A stretch of 58,046 nucleotides of DNA, from IMG/VR virus record IMGVR_UViG_3300006754_000007, one strand, 5' to 3'. The stretch's first letter is position 1; the number at the start of each line of letters is the position of its first letter. The notes beneath the pieces were generated by a model, which saw nothing but the letters and a program-made list of their open reading frames with translations, was not told the DNA's origin and ran no database searches. Positions 1 to 7,766 of this stretch are shown here, one piece after another. A program made the translations under genes and the position numbers. The DNA is from an uncultured virus (IMG/VR IMGVR_UViG_3300006754_000007). Lineage: Duplodnaviria; Heunggongvirae; Uroviricota; Caudoviricetes.

Positions 1-523
1 TCTTCTCACCTGGGCACTCGATGTTGGCGTACCCTTCGATTTCTTCACGGGGTTCGTTCCACCCGTCCCCGTCGTACCTGCCTGTGCCGAAGGTGATCTC
101 TTGTTCTTCGGTGTCCAGGGCGGCCCAGAGCCAGAACTCGAACTTGACGTTGCGGTCCAGGACAATCGCGTTGTTCTTGGAAACCCGGATCTTTTGCCCT
201 GCTTTCCCCGCCAGGGTGATGTAAGCGAGTGCCCCCTCCCAGCCTTCACGACCTTCTTCGATGTATTCATCGCAAACGTCGTCACAGCCCTCGACCCCTA
301 TGACCTTCCATCCCATCTGCTTCAAGGGGCCAATGACCTTCTTGGAAAACTTCAGGGCTGCCTTTCCCGCCTGGGTGGTGAAGTGGCTGTAGTCATCTGT
401 CTCGGCGCACTCGGGAAGATCGGGGCCATCCGGCTCGTAGTCATCACGAGGGTCGTAGTCATCTTCGTAGTAGCCCCCATCAGGGCCATACGCGCCAGCA
501 GTCTTTGGGTCGTTAGAGGGCAT
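1..523 (-). CDS. Hypothetical late protein, runs off the window edge (MPSNDPKTAGAYGPDGGYYEDD...)
   Basis: Translated by hand. ATG at 521-523, AGGAGA RBS, open frame to position 1, late-type motif at 548-562. Not in the ORF track. Confidence 0.8.
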   Translation of the reverse strand, partial: MPSNDPKTAGAYGPDGGYYEDDYDPRDDYEPDGPDLPECAETDDYSHFTTQAGKAALKFSKKVIGPLKQMGWKVIGVEGCDDVCDEYIEEGREGWEGALAYITLAGKAGQKIRVSKNNAIVLDRNVKFEFWLWAALDTEEQEITFGTGRYDGDGWNEPREEIEGYANIECPGEK

Positions 524-547
524 CAGTTCTCCTAAGGGTCAGCCCCT

Positions 548-562
548 ATAGAGAAACCACCC
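548..562 (-). promoter_or_regulatory. Putative late promoter GGGTGGTTTCTCTAT
   Basis: Variant of the recurrent CGGTAG-N5-YTAT 15-mer, about 25 nt upstream of an ATG. Confidence 0.5.
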
Positions 563-702
563 TACTTGTCGGAAGGCTTCCAACCGCACTTGTGGCAGCC
601 TTTGCCAAGGGTCTTGATAATGCAGTCGCCAGGGGTGAAGATGACCTCGTTCTTGATGGCCTTCTTCTTTCCACAGTTTTGGCAGTCGGTCTTGATAATC
701 AT
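562..702 (-). CDS. 46-aa zinc-ribbon protein
   Basis: MIIKTDCQNCGKKK...KGCHKCGWKPSDK has two CxxC pairs and follows the promoter motif at 737-766. Confidence 0.7.
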   Translation of the reverse strand: MIIKTDCQNCGKKKAIKNEVIFTPGDCIIKTLGKGCHKCGWKPSDK

Positions 703-736
703 CACATTTCCCGCTAAGAGGCGGCTCCTCCTTCCC

Positions 737-766
737 TTTACGAGTGAAATCGAGCTTCAGAACCCC
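737..766 (-). promoter_or_regulatory. Putative early promoter GGGGTT-N18-CGTAAA
   Basis: One mismatch to a motif found five other times with identical spacing. Confidence 0.6.
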
Positions 767-813
767 TGGAATCGCGTTTTTTCTCCATCTTTTGGAAGAC
801 AATCCTCAAGAGG

Positions 814-841
814 GGGGCTTATCTTGTCGATAGGGGGGTAT
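814..841 (+). promoter_or_regulatory. Putative middle promoter GGGGC-N17-GGGTAT
   Basis: Recurrent motif, directly upstream of the HNH gene. Confidence 0.5.
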
Positions 842-854
842 AGATAGACCACAG

Positions 855-1310
855 GTGAAAACCACCAATCAGAGGTGTATGATGAGGTACTCAAAACTTG
901 GACTGACGCACGCGAAGGACATCCTCGCTTGCATCGGTCACTCCGAAAATGGCTGTTGGGAGTGGGAAGGTAAGCTCAGCCCGGAAGGCTACGGAGAGTA
1001 TTCCGTGGAGGGCGAAGAGACGCTCGCGGTACACAAGGCGATGTTTGTCATCACTCGTGGAACGGTCCCGGAAGATAGTGCCCTGGTTCATACCTGCGAC
1101 GAGAAGAAGTGCTGCAACCCTTCTCATATGAAGGTGGTGGAGACTCGTGCTTGCCACATTACTCCTGACCAGATCAATCAGATGAAGACCTGGATGGGTT
1201 CCGACTGTGAGGTGTCTCCCAATGTCGCTTCCAGGAAGTTGAACTTCCAGTGGGACACCGGAGTCGTTGCTCATCGCATGACGAAGCTGGGTATTCCCAA
1301 GAAGGCTTAG
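855..1310 (+). CDS. HNH endonuclease
   Basis: GCWEWEG..GYG..VH..HTCDEKKCCNPSHM, a typical phage HNH motif. Confidence 0.85.
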   Translation: MKTTNQRCMMRYSKLGLTHAKDILACIGHSENGCWEWEGKLSPEGYGEYSVEGEETLAVHKAMFVITRGTVPEDSALVHTCDEKKCCNPSHMKVVETRACHITPDQINQMKTWMGSDCEVSPNVASRKLNFQWDTGVVAHRMTKLGIPKKA

Positions 1311-1909
1311 TCAGAAGCCCAGTCTCGGACCCTCTCTTCACGCATGTAGGTCGCTTCGTCCCAGCGTTTAGAGTCTACAAAGCGTGGCTGATCCATCAGC
1401 AGTGCGATTGTCACCTGTCCCGGAGTTGCGCGAGGCGTGCTTGACCCGGTGAACACCACTCGTCCTTGCTTATCGGTGATGGCAGCATCCCAGGTGGGGG
1501 TGCCTTTAGAGGTTGGGTCCTTTGTGAACTCTATCTTGAGGACCTCTCGTCCTTCCCAGGAAATCCACGGCGCTTGCGTCGATCCGGCGCTGACCTCGTC
1601 CTTTACAGTCGCCAGACCCGAGAACTGCGTAAGCATCCCGTAGTCAAAGTTATGCGTGAAGTCTGTGACTTTGACGTTGGCGTGGGGCACTTCTCCGTTG
1701 GCGTGGGCAAACCACCGCTTCAGCACCTGCTCTACCTTACGGAAGTCGAGCTTCCAGACTGTGTAGGCTTTCATGCCGGTGTAGCTCTGTTCCTCCACGG
1801 AGTACGGGGCCACCTTGTTGATGGTGTCCTGGAGGAGTTTCATGGTAGGCGCTGCTGCCCATTTGTAGGCAGTCGCTACACGAACAGGGGATGGTGTTGG
1901 TTGGGACAT
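1307..1909 (-). CDS. Hypothetical protein with an N-terminal RVA motif, putative virion cargo
   Basis: 200-aa ORF, AAGGA RBS, begins MSQPTPSPVRVATAY. Confidence 0.75.
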   Translation of the reverse strand: MSQPTPSPVRVATAYKWAAAPTMKLLQDTINKVAPYSVEEQSYTGMKAYTVWKLDFRKVEQVLKRWFAHANGEVPHANVKVTDFTHNFDYGMLTQFSGLATVKDEVSAGSTQAPWISWEGREVLKIEFTKDPTSKGTPTWDAAITDKQGRVVFTGSSTPRATPGQVTIALLMDQPRFVDSKRWDEATYMREERVRDWASD

Positions 1910-2140
1910 GCGTGCGTGTTCCTTTCCCTTTCAAATCCAATAGCCCCAGTACCGGCAAGTAAGGCTCCTATAAGAAAGAGGATTCTCGACTGGAGGGCAC
2001 CTTGAATCGCAAGACCCACTCCTGATTCGGCCCGGAAGCAAGAGCACTATTCCAAAAAAGTCAGGTATCTAAAGGGGTTTACGCCGACTACAACAGTGCA
2101 AGAGGGTCCCCGCCCTGAAGCATCTCTGAGTTGTTGTAGG

Positions 2141-2170
2141 GGGGTTCCGGTGGGGCCTTTTCATCGTAGA
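2141..2170 (+). promoter_or_regulatory. Putative early promoter GGGGTT-N18-CGTAGA
   Basis: Exact motif match upstream of a four-gene operon. Confidence 0.65.
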
Positions 2171-2191
2171 GAGTGAAAGGAAGGACCCCTC

Positions 2192-2527
2192 ATGGCTCAC
2201 GATCTTACTACCGAGTACTTCTGGCACTGCGCGACCGCAGAATCCTGGAGCACCACTGTCCTGGGTTCCACAGGGAGCACCTACAACGTCCAGTGGAACA
2301 ACTGGGGTCACAAGAACCAGAGTGTCCAGTACGACTACTCCTGCGACTGCAAGGGGTACAAGTTTGGCAAGGGCAAGGACTGCTCGCACATCACGCAGGT
2401 GAAGGCTTCTGGTGACCACTGCAAGTGGTTGCAGTTCCATGACGGTGGCGATGCCGTCGAGAAGAATGGCGACCACCACTGCCCCGAGTGCGGCGACAAG
2501 GTTCACTCGATGGGGTGGGGGGTGTGA
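2192..2527 (+). CDS. SWIM zinc-finger protein with a C-terminal CxxC
   Basis: YSCDCKGYKFGKGKDCSH (CxC..CxH) and HCPECG; AGGA RBS. Confidence 0.8.
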   Translation: MAHDLTTEYFWHCATAESWSTTVLGSTGSTYNVQWNNWGHKNQSVQYDYSCDCKGYKFGKGKDCSHITQVKASGDHCKWLQFHDGGDAVEKNGDHHCPECGDKVHSMGWGV

Positions 2528-2811
2528 TGAGCACCTGGAACTTCGCCCTTATCCTCGTGGACGAGAACACTGAGGACCCGGACCAGAGGCCCCTGTGCCA
2601 TTTGGCAGAGGTGTACTACGACGAAGAGGGCAAGCCTCAAGGCTTCGCTGACGCCACCATCCTCAGTCCGTGGGACCTGGAGCGCGTCTACAAGGACGTA
2701 CAGGAACACGGTGTGAACCGCTGGTTCTACGAGAACGGGACGTTTGAGTGGAAGCGGTGCGAAGACCGGGGTGGGATGCACTGGTTCTGGACAGCCAAGG
2801 AGTGTGCGTGA
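2527..2811 (+). CDS. Hypothetical protein
   Basis: TGATG coupling to the upstream gene; begins MSTWNFALILVDE. Confidence 0.75.
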   Translation: MSTWNFALILVDENTEDPDQRPLCHLAEVYYDEEGKPQGFADATILSPWDLERVYKDVQEHGVNRWFYENGTFEWKRCEDRGGMHWFWTAKECA

Positions 2812-3164
2812 TGAATGAACTACAAATAGCAACGACAGAGGACTTCCTGGCTCTCATGGCTGATTCTCGGTACGAGAACCGCAACCGTGGTCCTGTGGAT
2901 GAGCTTGCGGAAGAACTGGACCCGGACGGGAAGCATCTGCTGGTCTTCAAGTTTGTTCACAAACGCTGGGGGTTCAATCCTGAAACCTCTGAGCGAACAG
3001 CGTCCATCGAAGAATGGCGGTGTCAGTGGTTCGTCAAGCTGAAGGACAAGCTCACCCCTGTGCCCATTATGATGGACAACGGATTTGAAGCTCTGGAGGC
3101 TCACACAAGAATCTTGAAGTACCAAGAGCCGACGTGGGACCTCCAGAAGGAAGGTGCGGAATGA
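2811..3164 (+). CDS. Hypothetical protein
   Basis: TGATG coupling, AAGGAG RBS. Confidence 0.75.
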   Translation: MNELQIATTEDFLALMADSRYENRNRGPVDELAEELDPDGKHLLVFKFVHKRWGFNPETSERTASIEEWRCQWFVKLKDKLTPVPIMMDNGFEALEAHTRILKYQEPTWDLQKEGAE

Positions 3165-3442
3165 TGGAAATGCCCCTTGCACACGATGTAGGCGTCACTT
3201 GGTATGAGGAAGACGCTCCCTATGGACCCTTCAAGATTCGCCTTGGGGGAACCAACGAGTTCGTGACCGCCATCTCAATACGCGGAGTGTCCCTCGTAGA
3301 GGGGTGGGAAGCTGATGTGATGATGTTCGAGACCATCGAGCAGGCTGTGAAGGCTGCTGCACGAGTCTGGGATATTGAAGGCTTCCACACTTCGGTGGAG
3401 TGTACCAACCATCCGAAGGCGGTCTGCGCGGACCAGTCTTAG
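3161..3442 (+). CDS. Hypothetical protein
   Basis: ATGA overlap with the upstream gene. Confidence 0.7.
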   Translation: MMEMPLAHDVGVTWYEEDAPYGPFKIRLGGTNEFVTAISIRGVSLVEGWEADVMMFETIEQAVKAAARVWDIEGFHTSVECTNHPKAVCADQS

Positions 3443-4422
3443 TCCACCCACTCCAGCAGGCTACGCACGGAGGTGGTGTCCACGCTCGCCTGCTTGCCGC
3501 TCTCAACCTCATCCGACAACTGGTGGAGGTCCTTTTGCGTGAACTGGTCCTTGAGGTCAGTACTCGTGGCGGGGTCCTCTTCGTAGATGGGTCCTTTGAC
3601 CTCTGCGCCGATCTCTTCTTCGATACCGGGCTTGGCGACGTTGTACTCAGGCCCTGGATTAGCTGCATTCTCGTCCGCTGACTTCACAGCCACTTCCCTG
3701 CCTTCAGCAAGGTCTTCAAGCTGGCTGTTGTCTGCTTGTGTGAACTGCCCGTCCATCTTCGCGTTAGGCGGGTCATTCACCAGCGGGCCAGGAACCGTCT
3801 TTCCAATATCGTCTGCGTTGAACTCCGCAGTCTTGCCTGTCACGCTGTCCGGGTACGAGGACAGGAGCATCCGGCAGTATCCACACTTCGCGGACTTCAC
3901 ATGAGCGTTCATGTAGCCCGTGATCTTCTCGTACTTCGCGGTGCGTCGGCTGTGCAGGTCGAAAGCGATGCGGCCCATTTCTTCCCGAAGCTCGGAGCAA
4001 GCTGTCAGGGCGAGGCGTGCGGTCTTCACAGGGTGTCCGTAGAGGCCGTAGGCGGCCACACGAGCCACTCCTTCTTCCGAAGCAACCTTGGGTCCCAAGT
4101 CAGCCATTGCGCCCAGCAGGAGGCGTGCAGGAGCACTCTTGGCACGCTTTGCGTGGATACCCAAGAACGCTGCACTACGCGAGTCACGGGTCCACAGAGC
4201 CTTGGCAATCCGGGCAACTCTTCGCTGAGCCTTGCGGACTGAAACCTCAACGTCATTCTGAGTGCGCTTGGTGTAGCCGTACATGCCACCAGGAGTGAGT
4301 GCAGCCTCCTTGCTCACCGACTCCTGCTCTACCTTTTCCGGGGTAGGAGAGGCAAGGTGCGGGATTCCGTTCCGCGTCATAGCGGCCCGTTCGTAGGGGA
4401 GAAGAAGTGTGTTTTCAGACAT
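3439..4422 (-). CDS. Putative virion/head protein with internal repeats
   Basis: Start MSENTLL with GGAG RBS, late motif at 4458-4472, two (M/L)YG(Y/H) helical segments, two IG..V.GP..FTQ repeats, KEA/KTA/KQA linkers. Confidence 0.75.
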   Translation of the reverse strand: MSENTLLLPYERAAMTRNGIPHLASPTPEKVEQESVSKEAALTPGGMYGYTKRTQNDVEVSVRKAQRRVARIAKALWTRDSRSAAFLGIHAKRAKSAPARLLLGAMADLGPKVASEEGVARVAAYGLYGHPVKTARLALTACSELREEMGRIAFDLHSRRTAKYEKITGYMNAHVKSAKCGYCRMLLSSYPDSVTGKTAEFNADDIGKTVPGPLVNDPPNAKMDGQFTQADNSQLEDLAEGREVAVKSADENAANPGPEYNVAKPGIEEEIGAEVKGPIYEEDPATSTDLKDQFTQKDLHQLSDEVESGKQASVDTTSVRSLLEWVD

Positions 4423-4457
4423 GGGTTCGTGCTCCGAAGTGCTGCAATAAGATTTGG

Positions 4458-4472
4458 ATAAGGTTTCTACCG
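4458..4472 (-). promoter_or_regulatory. Putative late promoter CGGTAGAAACCTTAT
   Basis: Match to the 15-mer consensus. Confidence 0.6.
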
Positions 4473-5996
4473 GACATAACGGTGAAGCTGCGTGTACTTT
4501 TGCTGTTGCCTGCGAGGTGACAGCTTGCGCCATTGATTCCGATAGTGTCGGAACAGTTCCCGGCTGCTCATGCCGGTCTCGCCGTCCATGTAGAAGTTCT
4601 CAGGAGCGTAGGAAGCCCAACCCTCAATCCAACGATTGAGTTCTCGGTCATCCATCGCACTGAAGACGCCTTCATCAAGGGAGGGCAGCTTTGTTGCGGA
4701 GAAAACGGCCTCGACGGTGAAAGGCAAACTTACCCTCCCCCATCGATCAATGCTCACTTCCCGGCCAAGTTCCATGTTTCCGATTGAGGCGTCCGTGACT
4801 TCGTATTCTTCGGCTTCCTGGTAGTCCTCGAAGAGCGACTCGAAGAACTGTTGGGGACGGCGCTTGATCCTGTCCTGGACTGCTTTTTGGAGGGCCGACT
4901 TCTCTGCTCGGACCTTCTTGGCGTATGCCTTCTTCAGGAGAGCCGCGCCCTCACGAGGGAACTGCTTCAGGAACTCCTTGAAGCCCATGCCTTCCAGGGT
5001 GATACCTCTGGAGAACACAATCTCACCTCGAACCTGAGCTTGCTGGCTCCCATCGGCAGCCATGTCCCCCAGCACCCGCTTCATCTTCAGGCCCTTTCGC
5101 CAACTGTAGTCGAGGTTCGGTGACTTCCGCTTGACATCCTCCATGACGAAAGCGAGAGCTTCCTCTGCACTCATGCCACTCAGATCAAGGCTCTTACCTT
5201 GGACGTGGCGTAGGGCTACACGAGAGGGCGATGCAGCGTATTGCCGCTCAGTGCGCTTCCCTTTGTGCTTATCTTTCCGGGTATGTCCACGTTCCACGTC
5301 ATATCCTCGTTCGTTGCGGCGATGGCCCCTGGTGGTGCTCCGTGCGCCTGCTGCTTCCGCAGCGGGGTTCTTACGCAAGCGGTCCACCTTCACCTTTACC
5401 GGAGCGTTCTTATCTTTCTTAGGTTGGACACGATGGGTTTTCCTCTTTGCCAGAAGAGCCGAAGCTACTCGTACCGCTGAAGCCATGACCTGTCTCCCGT
5501 CGGAGGTGATTTCTCGCTCTACCGCCATCGCCGGACGACGCACCAGATAGTCAGGCCACTTCTCGTACCACTTCCCGTAAAACTCTGATTTGGGCATCAC
5601 CCGCACAGTCTCATCAGGGTCGGGGATATTTGGATCTGCGACGTACACGTTCAGATCCTCATCCACGTCAAACACCACGCTTGCGTGGCTCCATTCACGG
5701 CCTTCGGGATTCCAGGCGATCATCACGGGGATGCCGCGATCCGTCCATTCCTTGATTTGCTGCACCGTGGCAGGGACGGTAAGAGTGGCCCTACAGCCGT
5801 AATGTTGAGCACAAGCAAGAGCCTGTTCCCAAGCAGCCCCCTTCATGGGGCGTGCGCCCATGACCTTGTTCACCTCATCTTCTGAGACATCGTGTCCAAC
5901 AGCTTGCAGACACATCATCATGGACGTAGCCATGCAAGTGTACTGGGTACGTTGTCGTACTGGAGTTACGGCTGCTTTTGCTTCTTTTGAGGGCAT
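4467..5996 (-). CDS. C39-like cysteine peptidase domain fused to basic and unknown domains
   Basis: QRTQYTCMATS (Gln/Cys), WSHASVV (His), VADPN (Asp), followed by two RVA linkers. Confidence 0.8.
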   Translation of the reverse strand: MPSKEAKAAVTPVRQRTQYTCMATSMMMCLQAVGHDVSEDEVNKVMGARPMKGAAWEQALACAQHYGCRATLTVPATVQQIKEWTDRGIPVMIAWNPEGREWSHASVVFDVDEDLNVYVADPNIPDPDETVRVMPKSEFYGKWYEKWPDYLVRRPAMAVEREITSDGRQVMASAVRVASALLAKRKTHRVQPKKDKNAPVKVKVDRLRKNPAAEAAGARSTTRGHRRNERGYDVERGHTRKDKHKGKRTERQYAASPSRVALRHVQGKSLDLSGMSAEEALAFVMEDVKRKSPNLDYSWRKGLKMKRVLGDMAADGSQQAQVRGEIVFSRGITLEGMGFKEFLKQFPREGAALLKKAYAKKVRAEKSALQKAVQDRIKRRPQQFFESLFEDYQEAEEYEVTDASIGNMELGREVSIDRWGRVSLPFTVEAVFSATKLPSLDEGVFSAMDDRELNRWIEGWASYAPENFYMDGETGMSSRELFRHYRNQWRKLSPRRQQQKYTQLHRYVR

Positions 5997-6037
5997 CACC
6001 CCTTACACTCCGTCCTTAGGCTCAACTCCCCTTTTCA

Positions 6038-6052
6038 ATAGGGGGGATACCG
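6038..6052 (-). promoter_or_regulatory. Putative late promoter CGGTATCCCCCCTAT
   Basis: One mismatch to the 15-mer consensus. Confidence 0.55.
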
Positions 6053-6064
6053 AATGGAGACTTG

Positions 6065-6481
6065 ATGAGCTTTTACCTCTCATGCCCCAAGTGCGGCTCT
6101 ACCAGTGTGGAGCTTCAGAGGGATTCCCGCTGGAACACTGGCCCCCGTGATTTTCACTTTCACTGTGGGATGTGTGGAAAAACCATCTATGGCCCCGGCG
6201 TACAAATGGAAGTGGACCGTCAGTACAAGTTGTTCATGGATGAGGAACGCCGTCTCAAGGCTGCCCGAAAGGAGGCAGCCAAGGCAGCCAAGGCTGCTGA
6301 AGCAAAGCGCATTGAAGAAGAGCGCAAGCTCGAAGCAGCCAGAGTAGCAGTGCAATCCTTGAACTGTGCATGGGGGGACTGTTCCGCTTTGCGGAGAGCT
6401 ACCTCTATCTACTGTTCGCGGAACTGCTCCAACAAGAATGCTCGGGCACGCCACAAGGAGCGCAAGGCTGGCGCTGCTTAG
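6065..6481 (+). CDS. Double zinc-finger protein
   Basis: CPKC..CGMC, a charged helix, then CAWGDC..YCSRNC. Confidence 0.8.
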   Translation: MSFYLSCPKCGSTSVELQRDSRWNTGPRDFHFHCGMCGKTIYGPGVQMEVDRQYKLFMDEERRLKAARKEAAKAAKAAEAKRIEEERKLEAARVAVQSLNCAWGDCSALRRATSIYCSRNCSNKNARARHKERKAGAA

Positions 6482-6942
6482 TGCTTGTGTTGGGGCGCGT
6501 GCTTTGCGTCCGGGTCCATCACGGGTTCCAGGTTCCCTGAAGGGCTGGCCTTCGGAAGAGGCTCTGGACGTGCCTCAGCAGGGATGGCATTGGCTCGTTC
6601 CTTGGCGTCCTGCACACTGTCGGCGGTGTACTGGGCCAACATATCAACGAGGTGGTGTCGAACTGCGGCTTCCATCTCATCGTCAGGGATGCTTTCGGGG
6701 TCTTCTCCGTGGGACATCCGATGCAGGTACATCGTGAATGCCTCCTGCCGGACGGTCTCCTGAAGCAGCGCATGACAAGACTGGTGAAGGCCGCCTGAAG
6801 GCCACCCCACCAAAGTCTGTGCGTCCTTTATGGTGGAAGGAACCAGCACAGACTTGATCGCGCCATCCCCTTTACGGAGAGTGATCTTGATGGTCAGGTG
6901 CGCGTCTTCGAGTTCTTCGGTTTCTTCTGGTGAATCAGACAT
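6478..6942 (-). CDS. Hypothetical protein
   Basis: 154-aa ORF co-oriented with the upstream minus-strand operon. Confidence 0.7.
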   Translation of the reverse strand: MSDSPEETEELEDAHLTIKITLRKGDGAIKSVLVPSTIKDAQTLVGWPSGGLHQSCHALLQETVRQEAFTMYLHRMSHGEDPESIPDDEMEAAVRHHLVDMLAQYTADSVQDAKERANAIPAEARPEPLPKASPSGNLEPVMDPDAKHAPQHKH

Positions 6943-6950
6943 GCGCCACT

Positions 6951-7757
6951 TTACCGAAGGAGTTCAGACATCCACGCAGCCATGCGTTTTTCGTGGCCCT
7001 TGATTTCGAGGCGGTTGAGGGTGGAAAGCTCCTGGCCTCCTGGCTCCTTGGCGATTTCCACGGGCGTAAGCGGAGCCTTCTCGGTCTCCTTCAGGGCCTT
7101 TGCTTCAGAGATGTCCAGTTCCGGGGCTGCTTCTTCGGTGACGTCTTTGATGTTCGAGATGGCGTTGGAATCAGCAAACTCCAGGACCTCTCGGTGAGAA
7201 GGGTTGTCGAAGAAATGGCCCTCAGCCGTAGGAGCCACGTCGTCAGCCTTCGCCTGCTTCTCTCCTGGAACAGGAGAGACAGCCTGCTGAAGCAGATAGG
7301 TGTTCTCCTCGTGCTGGTTTGCAGTAGCCATGAGCCAGTCATCCAACCCCAGCGTCATAGTTCCGGCAACCTTGATTGCATCGTAGGCTTCCTGGACTAC
7401 CGCCTGAAGCTCAGCTTCTGAAGCAATCCCCCGTTTGTGGTGGGACGAGTAAGCGCCCCAACGAATGACACACCCAAGCATGTGCTTCATCTGCGGAAGC
7501 AGATCCACGGCCTCACCGCCCAAGTAGCCAACCAGCTTTTCAGCCAACTGGTCCACTTGGTCCTGGACACTCTTGTAGAGCCTCTCGAACAGCAGGTGGT
7601 TTCCGTAGAAGGTTCCGCTGACTACCTGCCAATGGCTTGTCTGGTAGGAGAGATACTGGGCACGCAAGACCGCAAGCACCAAGGTCAGGTGCTTGAGGGT
7701 GACCTCCTTCTGCATCGGAGTGGCGTCCAGAAACGCCTGTTTATCTTGCGTAGCCAT
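6951..7757 (-). CDS. Dps/ferritin-like protein with an acidic C-terminal extension
   Basis: HWQVVSGTFYGNHLLFERLY..VDQLAEK fits the Dps ferroxidase signature. Confidence 0.8.
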   Translation of the reverse strand: MATQDKQAFLDATPMQKEVTLKHLTLVLAVLRAQYLSYQTSHWQVVSGTFYGNHLLFERLYKSVQDQVDQLAEKLVGYLGGEAVDLLPQMKHMLGCVIRWGAYSSHHKRGIASEAELQAVVQEAYDAIKVAGTMTLGLDDWLMATANQHEENTYLLQQAVSPVPGEKQAKADDVAPTAEGHFFDNPSHREVLEFADSNAISNIKDVTEEAAPELDISEAKALKETEKAPLTPVEIAKEPGGQELSTLNRLEIKGHEKRMAAWMSELLR

Positions 7758-7766
7758 CTGTCCTCT

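Noticed and set aside
539..802. 87-aa minus-strand ORF from the track
   Set aside because: It spans a promoter motif; another frame gives a cleaner 46-aa zinc ribbon (562-702).
855..1310. HNH gene as part of a self-splicing intron
   Set aside because: It has its own promoter motif and does not interrupt a gene; the flanking genes are on the opposite strand.
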